Shown one piece after another: positions 55,526-64,000 of a stretch of 64,000 nucleotides of DNA. The DNA lies in assembly GCF_902459465.1 (NCBI RefSeq), contig NC_047080.1:744001-808000 (forward strand). Direction: 5' to 3'. Position numbers and translations under genes: made by a program. Position 1 is the stretch's first letter. Every line of letters starts with the position of its first letter. This DNA comes from Asterias rubens. Lineage: Eukaryota. The notes below the pieces were generated by a model that made no database searches, was not told where the DNA came from, and saw only the letters and a program-made list of their open reading frames with translations.

Positions 55526-58500
55526 ATGGCCATGTCTGTAGCTAAATCCAGGCTGACTTTTGTGTGTCTCTGCGTCCTGATTTACTCCTTTTCCACGGAG
55601 ATTTCAGCCCATGGATCCGGCGAACATGTCCACGGAGAAAAGGTGCAGTCTCATGAAGGAATTCACAGCCATGACACGGGTGCACCTCCACTCAAATCCA
55701 GCTCTATGCAGAAATGGGGAGATGCAATCGGAGCAACTCTTCTGATCAGCGCAGCACCATTCTTGATTTTATTTGTCATTCCTTTGGACAAGGACCGTGA
55801 AGGGCAAGAGGCACTCTTGAAGGTGTTGCTCAGTTTTGCCTCCGGAGGGTTACTGGGTGACGCTTTCTTGCATCTTATTCCTCATGCCGTCTCACCACAT
55901 CATCACCATGGAGATGATGGCGAGGGGCATCACCATCACCATGAGGATGAACATCACCACGTCCACGATGACCATCATCACCATCATGACCACACACATG
56001 ACATGATGGTTGGTTTATGGGTTCTTACCGGTATCGTTATTTTCCTGGTTGTTGAGAAAACCGTTCGTTATCTCAAAGGAGGGGCTGGCCACACCCACTC
56101 CCATGGCGGTGTGGTTGCCGAGCCAAAAGAATCAAGTGTTGTCAATGGAAGCGGAAAGACAGCAAAAGAAGGCGGAGCAAGGAGGAGAAAAAAGACGAAC
56201 AGCGGAAATGGAACAAAAAAGAATGGCGATGAGGCATCAGATGACTCAGAAAAGGGTAATGATGATGCCCAGCTTGAAAGAAAGAACAACTTTCTTTCAT
56301 GTAAAATTGAAAGTTTTTTGGGTTCACAGTTGCTACTCCTACCTAGGACTATGGTTCGTTCGGCTATTGTCTTGAGACAATAGTGGAACGAACCTCATAG
56401 TTCTAGAACTTCTAGGACACACAGTTGCAGGCTAGCTGATACTTCATGTTTCAAATGGACGCAACACAATCATCACAGTTTATGCAACATCTTGTTCAAG
56501 GGGCAGATTTGTTCATTTCTAACACACGTTCCTGTCTGCAACTCCGTGCTCAAACTTCACACGGCAACTGTCTAGCTGGAGTTTGTTAAAGCTTAAATTA
56601 AATGCTGAGCTGAAATCTGAATACTGCAAAGAGTGTTATGCCAATCCTGCACCTTGAACAAGATAGAAGTTTTTAGAACATAATCGTAAAATTACAGTGA
56701 AAGTTGGTATTGTCTCCATACTCCTGCTTGGTTATTGCATTGAAATTGTGAAATGTTTGAGTAGCTGCGTGTTTCATTTTAGAAGTTTACATTTCCCATA
56801 CATTGTGTTAATACATGAGAAAAATTGTACTGCTCAGAACAAAGTGCCAGGCCATCATGTGCCATCTTACATCAGGCCTGGAACTACATAAAAAGAGGGC
56901 ACGGAGGCCATGGCCCATGTTGCCCTGGTCTTTGCCTTGATGCCCCATCGACAAACATAGAAAGTGCCCTAATGCAAAGTGCAAACTGTTGACTTCTTAA
57001 CTTTTGGCCAATATCTTACCTTGACTATATTTACCAATGAAGAACTGTGCACCTATAATTGTTGACATGAATTTTAAGTTCTTGACCCTTGACTTGAGAG
57101 TGAGAGTAAAAATAATCACTTTCAAAAGATGTTGATGTGAAATCAAAATTAAATTAATTTTGAGTAGTTGGCTATAGAATGCTAGCACTAGCAGACATTG
57201 AAACAAAACGTTAAAATGTTGTGGTAGAATTTAAAGTTTTAAATGTAGAAACTTGCCATAGTCTGTTAATTGTGATTGTGAAGTTTTAAATGAAACAGAA
57301 ATTTTTCTTTAGAACGAAAAAACAACAAAACATCATACCGATTCTACACACTATAGCATATAAATCATTCAATATCAATTTCTAAAAAAAGACTGTATAG
57401 GAAATTTACCATCTGTTACCAAAATGCATCGAGCCTAATTAACATAATCGCTGAATCAGTGAACATGCAGAGCATTGATTGCTCGCTAACAAACAACACA
57501 TCAGTTGACTTCCAATTATAGTTTTATCCTACCATGTCTTACAATAATTATTTGGCCTTGTACATAAATAGATGGATTCTCAAATTAATTTATTTTTGAT
57601 CACTGCAAATGCTACAGGCCTACTGTACCTGGGAACATTTTGATCCATTGAGCTCAGAGAACTACTGCAAAATGTTTGACCTAAAACAAGTCCTATGATT
57701 TTTGTCTCACATTCAAAATAAAAATGAGTATTTTGACGATATCAGAAAACTAACCTACTTTTTTTTTTAAAAGCATTCTAAAACTGATAGGGGCCTGAAC
57801 TGTAATTGATAACCTGTAATGGGAACACAGCCGTACACTATACACCTAATCTGTGTATCATGATTCATAGTAATTAGTTGGCCTGTAAAATGTTAAATTG
57901 TATAAATTAAATTATTTAGGTGTGACTCCATAAACTGCCAGCAACTTGTAGTAGGTACTTAACATTGTGCAAAGTACCCGTTATCCACCCATAAAAACGC
58001 ATAATTTGTTTTGTTCAGAGTTAAGATAATATAAGAATGTAAAAAAAAAAAAAATCTTTTAAAAACATTTTTGATAATGACTGCCGGTCTGGAATTTTAA
58101 AATTTTTATCTTTGAAGTGTAATCCAATGCCCTTTAAAAAAAGGAATTACTTCTTTATAACGGTAATTCATTATTCAGAACTTAATATTTCCTTTTACAG
58201 ATGAAGGAATCAAAGTTGCCGGCTACTTGAACCTAGCAGCAGACTGCACACACAACTTCACCGATGGTTTAGCAATTGGAGCATCGTTCCTCGTTAGTCG
58301 TAATGTCGGAATCGTCACAACTATCACCATACTGTTACATGAGGTCCCGCATGAGATTGGAGACTTTGCAATTCTTGTGCAATCTGGTTGCAGCAAGAGA
58401 AAGGTGGGTTCACTAATAAGTCGGACAATTGGTGGCTAAGGGCTACCTTAAAGAGGTTTGCAGTAACACCATGTGAAAATCTCTCTTGGATGGTATTGGT

Positions 58501-60214
58501 TCTTGTGCAATCTGGTTGCAGCAAGAGAAAGGTGGGTTCACTAATAAGTCGGACAATTGGTGGCTAAGGGCTACCTTAAAGAGGTTTGCAGTAACACCAT
58601 GTGAAAATCTCTCTTGGATGGTATTGGTTCTTGTGCAATCTGGTTGCAGCAAGAGAAAGGTGGGTTCAGTAATAAGTCGGACAATTGGGGGCTAAGGGCT
58701 ACCTTAAAGAGGTTTGCAGTAACACCATGTGAAAATCTCTCTTGGATGGTATTGGTTCTTGTGCAATCTGGTTGCAGCAAGAGAAAGGTGGGTTCAGTAA
58801 TAAGTCGGACAATTGGTGGCTAAGGGCTACCTTAAAGAGGTTTGCAGTAACACCATGTGAAAATCTCTCTTGGATGGTATTGGTTCTTGTGCAATCTGGT
58901 TGCAGCAAGAGAAAGGTGGGTTCAGTAATAAGTCGGACAATTGGTGGCTAAGGGCTACCTTAAAGAGGTTTGCAGTAACACCATGTGAAAATCTCTCTTG
59001 GATGGTATTGGTTCTTGTGCAATCTGGTTGCAGCAAGAGAAAGGTGGGTTCAGTAATAAGTCGGACAATTGGTGGCTAAGGGCTACCTTAAAGAGGTTTG
59101 CAGTAACACCATGTGAAAATCTCTCTTGGATGGTATTGGTTCTGAAAAGAACCGGTGGTGAAAGACTTTTCCACAACTTTTCCAGAACCAACACAACTCA
59201 AAGGAGATTTTTACATGGTGTTACCGAACACCTTTCTCAGTTCTGCCATATTTCAAATCCAACTTATTTGGTGGGTAGTAAATGCATGAGTTGTTCTGAA
59301 CAGATGGTCGGGGAGGCCGATTTGTATTTTTCCTTGCCTTTCATTCTTGGACCTTGGTTTGAATTCCACCGGTGGGCACTATGTGGATTAGAATTGTAGT
59401 CTCTATCTGATTGCATTGGGTTTTCCCTGGAATAATTCTCCAGGATCAAACAGAGAGAAGACAAATGGACAAATAGAGACAGTATGGAGGCTGTTTTGAT
59501 TGGAGACTGGCTAGTCAGAAACAAGACAAACAGAAAATCAAAGACAAGACAAATGGACAATAACAGATAAGACAAACATACAAACAGAGACAAGACTACA
59601 TAGAAAAGACAAACAGACAAACAGAGAAGACAAATGGACAAACGGAGATAGTATGGAGGCTGTTTTGAGTGGAGGCGTGTAGTAATAAGCCTGTGGCTAG
59701 TCGGAAACAAGACAAACAGAAAATCAAAGACAAGACAAATGGACAAAGACAGATAAGACAAACATACAAACATAAACAAGACAAACAGACAAACAGAGAC
59801 AAGACAAATGGACGAACAAAACAGTACATACAACAGCAGCTCTTAGTTAACTAGAATGAAGTAAAAATTATGTTAAAAAAATAAATAACAATTGATTATG
59901 ATTCACCTTGCAAAGCAGTCAATAATTTAATGTGGTGTTTATTTGTCACTTTGTATTTACAGGCAATGTATCTCCAGCTTGTTACAGCAGTTGGAGCTCT
60001 CGCTGGTTGTGTCACAGCCCTGTTGGCCGAAGGAGGGGATGAAACCGCCCCCAGCTGGATCTTACCGGTTACAGCCGGTGGCTTCATTTACATAGCAACC
60101 GTCTCGGTCATACCTGAGTTGCTTCAACACAACAACATCAAGCAGTCTATAGCAGAGATCTTCGGTCTGTTAGCAGGAGTCTCTCTGATGATTCTAATTG
60201 CTTATTTTGAGTGA
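55526..60214 (+). CDS. SLC39A7: Zinc transporter ZIP7 (KE4/Catsup, LIV-1 subfamily), 394 aa
   Basis: Exons 55526-56255 (phase 1), 58201-58403 (phase 0) and 59963-60214; 1185 nt. Signal peptide, [20 protein letters not shown], His-rich loop (21 His in 40 aa), [63 protein letters not shown]. Confidence 0.93.
58372..59143 (+). repeat. 128-bp tandem repeat x 6 spanning the ZIP7 exon 2 / intron 2 junction
   Basis: Units start at 58372, 58500, 58628, 58756, 58884 and 59012. Each is the last 32 nt of exon 2 plus the first 96 nt of the intron. Confidence 0.97.
59446..59820. repeat. GACAA/ACAG low-complexity tandem duplication (about 170-186-bp unit x 2)
   Basis: GTATGGAGGCTGTTTTGA at 59482 and 59651. 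Explains ORFs 59264-59833 and 59596-59829. Confidence 0.8.
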
Positions 60215-61111
60215 GAATTTTTGTTTTGTTTTTTGCCAGTGAAAAATTATTTTATTTTCTATCTTATAAAGTTTTAGATTTCAAAATAACACCCGTCATT
60301 TGCGTGCATTTATTTTTTATTCCTGTAAGAGTAAGTTGGTTTTCAATTTTGTTCATAAAAATAAAACTTGTTCCTTTATTGGATCATAATTTCTGCACAT
60401 TGAAACACGAAATGACACGGTCGTTCAAACTTGCTATAAAAAAATCAACTAAGATTGTGTCTAGGTTGTTCATTTCAATGAAAAATTTAACTGGGTATCC
60501 AAGAAACAAGAGACTAACATATTGCTTATTTTTTTTAAAGTTTCATTTCTTATGGCCCAAAATGGCTTTAAGTATGATACTGATTCTCTGAAAATGACTC
60601 ATTTTTGCTTTGTATCTAAGTTTAGCATTAATGTTTATTTGTAATATCTGTAGCGTACATTGGTTGTCGAAAATGATTGAATGTCTGAGTGTATTGGTTG
60701 TCATCATATTTTCTATTTTATGACACTTTCCTAGGATCCCACCAGTTTCTGTTTTATTTCCTTTAGTCAAATTTTTCCTTTAATAGTGAAGACATTTCTT
60801 TCAGTATTTCTTTGTTTGTGTTTAGGAAAATTTTACCGCTTCAAGAATTAATCTCGCATGCAACTTTAGTATCAGCCGGTTTTCTCAGAATTTGTTTCTC
60901 CCTTTGTAGTGAAGTAGAAAACTGAAAAACACTTCAAGTTTTTGTATTAAAAAGTCTCTTTTATTTAATTTGATTTCTTTTTATTCCACTGTACACTGGG
61001 AAAACATGAGGAGTCAATTAAAAAAAAAACAATCCAAAACATAAAACATTGACTGAGAAAATAGAAACATAAAAGTGTATACACATTTTCAAGTAGTATA
61101 AATTACCAAGC

Positions 61112-61187
61112 CAGTGAGTGGCAAGGATTGCATTGGGGATTGCCAGCAGTGAGTGGCAAGGATTGCATTGGGGATTGCCAGCATTGA
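61112..61187. repeat. 35-bp perfect tandem duplication
   Basis: CAGTGAGTGGCAAGGATTGCATTGGGGATTGCCAG at 61112 and 61147. Confidence 0.9.
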
Positions 61188-62039
61188 GTTAGAATTCTTG
61201 CCTCAGAATTGTCAAGATTTCAACATTGATGGAGACAGACTTATTGAAACATATAATCTTTCAGGTATCTCTAGAAATCCCAAAGTAGGGTCGGGGGATT
61301 CCCCCTTTGTCTTTTTGTGCTCCACCACATTTTTAGCCAATGTAGCTTGGTCAGTGTACACGTATGAATGTTTATTGTTTATAGATTACAAAAGTGCATT
61401 TGTGATGTCCTACCAAAGCCCTTTTCACACGACTGCATTTAAACAGGAGTCCCTTGCTTTAATTTCAGCATGGTTTTGAAAGTTTATAAATTTAACTCTT
61501 TGTCGAAGGACAGCAAAGGTCGGACTGTCCGAGGTCCCTGTGATATCTCAAATTTGCTGTCCTTTGCTGTACAGTTTTTAAAGATTTCAAACTCGACCAA
61601 AATAAAAAAATAAACAAAGGACCCTTGCTACATTGCTGTTGTCTGAAAATGGCTAGTGTAAAATGTTAAATGTGTTTGAAGAACAACGATATTTGTACAA
61701 CGAAAACAACAATCCTTGTCATGTATATTTTATTCCGAAAACTGTTTTGCAGATAATGTTGAACAATTTAATATTTTTTGTGTTTAAGAGCAAATGTGGA
61801 TTGGTGGATAATTGCTAAAGGCTGTTATGTGGTGAATTGTGATGTGTAATTTAATGGCCGTATTACAATACAGCCAACTTTTTATTTCCTTTAATAAGTT
61901 AACAAAAACCAAAGTGGACTAGATAGAAAATAGACTGGTTCTTTGTATGCTTAAATTCCATAATGCAGCCAATGAACATAAAAGAAATGGTTGCATCGAC
62001 TATAGATACAAAAACTATATTTAGAGTAAACAATTTTAA

Positions 62040-62406
62040 AGGGAAGGTACACATTTGGTAATTACTCAAAACAAATATTAACTTAAAAACTAACTTGGTA
62101 ACGAGCATTGGAGAGATGTTGATAATAAAAAACATTGTGGGAAATGACTCCCTCTGAAGTAATGTAGTTTTTGAGAAATAGGTAAATTCTCACTCAAATA
62201 ATAAAAGACTTCTAGCTAGAAGTCTTTTATTCCTATCTGAAAGCACACAAATTCGTCCAACAAGGGTGTTTTTCTTTCATCATTTTCTTGCAACTTCGAT
62301 GACCAATTAAGCCCCAATTGTCACAGGCTTGTTGTTTTATGCTGATGATGGGATACACCAAGTGAGAACACTGGTCTTTGAGAATTACCAAACGTGTACA
62401 GTGTCT
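62040..62406 (+). mobile_element. Kolobok/T2-type MITE, subfamily B, with intact TTAA TSD
   Basis: TTAA|AGGGAAGGTACACATTTGGTAATT ... AATTACCAAACGTGTACAGTGTCT|TTAA. Confidence 0.85.
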
Positions 62407-63448
62407 TTAAATATTCATCCCAAAAAGTAAATGGTAATTTTAATTTTGACGCCTGCATGAAATGACGGTGAAATCATTCAGTTGTAAGGGCTACTTCTAG
62501 GTCCAGGTACTTAATAATAATGCGATATTTGTGGCACTGGTTGAAAATAAATGAAGAAAAACAAGTGATTTTTACTGCATTTTGTCTTATTATGTATTCC
62601 ATTTAATTGTTTGATTAATTGAATGTTGATAGGAGTATTATCAAAACAAAGTGCAGCCTGGCTTTGCTAAGGTTAATTAGTTTGTTTTATTTGTTTGTGT
62701 GTTTGTTTGTTGGGTGTTTAAGGGGGAGGGGGAGGGGAGAGGGCATGTATTTAAGATATGTGTCTTCTATTCATCACAATCCCACACTTACTTTATTGCT
62801 GCCCTTAAATTGTTATTTTCATGCTGGTGAAAAGACCTTTCAACTGAAAATGTTAATGGGCAGTAAAGTAGACTATTTGAATTGAGAAACTTTAAACCCT
62901 CCCCCGAAAATAATGACTTAAATTTCGTTTCACCCCACCCCCTATTCCTGCCCCCTCCCCCCCCCCAATTCCTGGTTCCACACACATAACCACCACTATC
63001 AGCAAAAACCATCCTTTATCGATAATTGATCATCCTGTTAAACATAAACAGCTGGAGATAAAAGCGATAACAACCACCCAAACATTATTATTTAATGCAC
63101 TAATATGGTTTATTTTCAGCACATAATGCAGTTTTGTATCTCTTTAATAAACCATGCCCCTCCCGTCGTATCTCCGTCCCTGGTACTTGGCTTGTAACTC
63201 ATAGCGCCGTGAAGTATTCGAAGTGCACCCGTTAAATCAAGGGTCGGCCGAGTGCAATGACATGTGACATTTCCACATGTGCGCACTCAGATCAGTGTTG
63301 TTTATTGTGGCGCTTCCTTCCTGTGTGAGAAACACCATGGTCGTCAGCTCAAAAGATAGCAGGATTTTTTGACCATTTTCCCTTGAAAAATGCCACATTG
63401 TCAGCGTGTAATTTTGTCCTCAAGCTGTTGGTGAAATAGTGCTGGACA

Positions 63449-64000
63449 ATGTCAGACCAGGCTAAGCTAAAGGAGAGCCTTAAAAAGTCCATTAAAGCAC
63501 TTGTCATCTCAGCACCGCTCGGACTGACTGTAAAAGAAGTTGAACTAGACTATGCAACTTACGAGGGTCGACCTCTACCATACAGGCAACTGGGCTACAC
63601 AACATGCCAAGATTTCTTACAAGACATTCCAGATGCTGTGCGTTCTGTATGGGAGAGGGGTCATCTGGTGGTTCGAGCTGTCGCAGACAGCTCAACAAGA
63701 CATATTCAAAGTCTTGTTTCTAGACAGAAAGTCGACGTTCAAAAATGTCTGAAGAAAAGACGAGCAAGTACGCGAAAACCAGTTCAAAGACAAGTTGTAG
63801 TGTCTGTTGCCAAATCGTTGAACGTACCTGTTGGGTCATCTTCGTCAAGCCATCAGAGAGCCTGGCGTCCAGGAGGAGGCGGTTCATCATATCGAACATC
63901 GCCCTCGCCTGGCATTGCTTACAACTCACGCCCCAAACCACGAGGCCCACCTGCAGTACAACCCAGCGTTCCAGCCTATGTCCAGAGTCAGCTTAAAACA
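63449..64000 (+). CDS. TDRD5: LOTUS-domain Tudor protein TDRD5 (tejas-like), 5' part only
   Basis: Open frame from ATG 63449 to the window end (184 codons, no stop, so absent from the ORF track). MSDQAKLKESLKKSIKALVISAPLGLTVKEVELDYATYEGRPLPYRQLGYTTCQDFLQDIPDAV..AVADSSTRHIQSLVSRQK is an extended LOTUS domain, and PSVPAYVQSQLK looks like the start of LOTUS 2. TDRD7 is the less likely alternative. Confidence 0.8.
   Translation, partial: MSDQAKLKESLKKSIKALVISAPLGLTVKEVELDYATYEGRPLPYRQLGYTTCQDFLQDIPDAVRSVWERGHLVVRAVADSSTRHIQSLVSRQKVDVQKCLKKRRASTRKPVQRQVVVSVAKSLNVPVGSSSSSHQRAWRPGGGGSSYRTSPSPGIAYNSRPKPRGPPAVQPSVPAYVQSQLKT

Noticed and set aside
58372-59143. CRISPR-like or repeated-exon protein array
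   Set aside because: The units are contiguous with no unique spacers, no cas genes are present, the host is eukaryotic, 128 is not a multiple of 3, and each unit contains stops.
59264-59854. 189-aa hydrophobic ORF resembling a membrane protein
   Set aside because: Antisense translation of the GACAA low-complexity duplication in ZIP7 intron 2.

Overview
Eukaryotic, AT-rich, intron-containing genomic DNA. It is most likely from an invertebrate deuterostome (echinoderm, probably a sea star); this is inferred from the protein sequences and repeat types, and the species cannot be fixed from sequence alone. I assembled six protein-coding genes by hand from GT-AG splice sites, and all exon phases are consistent. 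They are a phostensin/taperin pro-ortholog (-, 7300-19833, 849 aa), TEKTL1/CCDC105 (+, 21336-26153, 450 aa), Rab14 (-, 33299-37453, 215 aa), TSC1/hamartin (+, 41562-52583, 1441 aa), SLC39A7/ZIP7 (+, 55526-60214, 394 aa) and the start of TDRD5 (+, 63449 to the window end). A probable first exon of another gene leaves the window on the left. Introns and intergenic DNA carry many MITEs, tRNA-derived SINEs, LINE tails and minisatellites. There is no CRISPR array, rRNA or genuine tRNA. Most notable observations: (1) a minimal type I hammerhead ribozyme of the Penelope/retrozyme kind in Rab14 intron 1; (2) a retroelement tail inserted exactly into a TSC1 3' splice site, duplicating the acceptor and leaving a stop-containing alternative; (3) a 6 x 128-bp tandem amplification of a ZIP7 exon/intron junction; (4) all six genes have human orthologs in the four MHC paralogon regions; (5) a 10-aa motif duplicated in phostensin/taperin with 7 synonymous and 0 non-synonymous differences. 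All gene names come from recalled family motifs, not from database searches.
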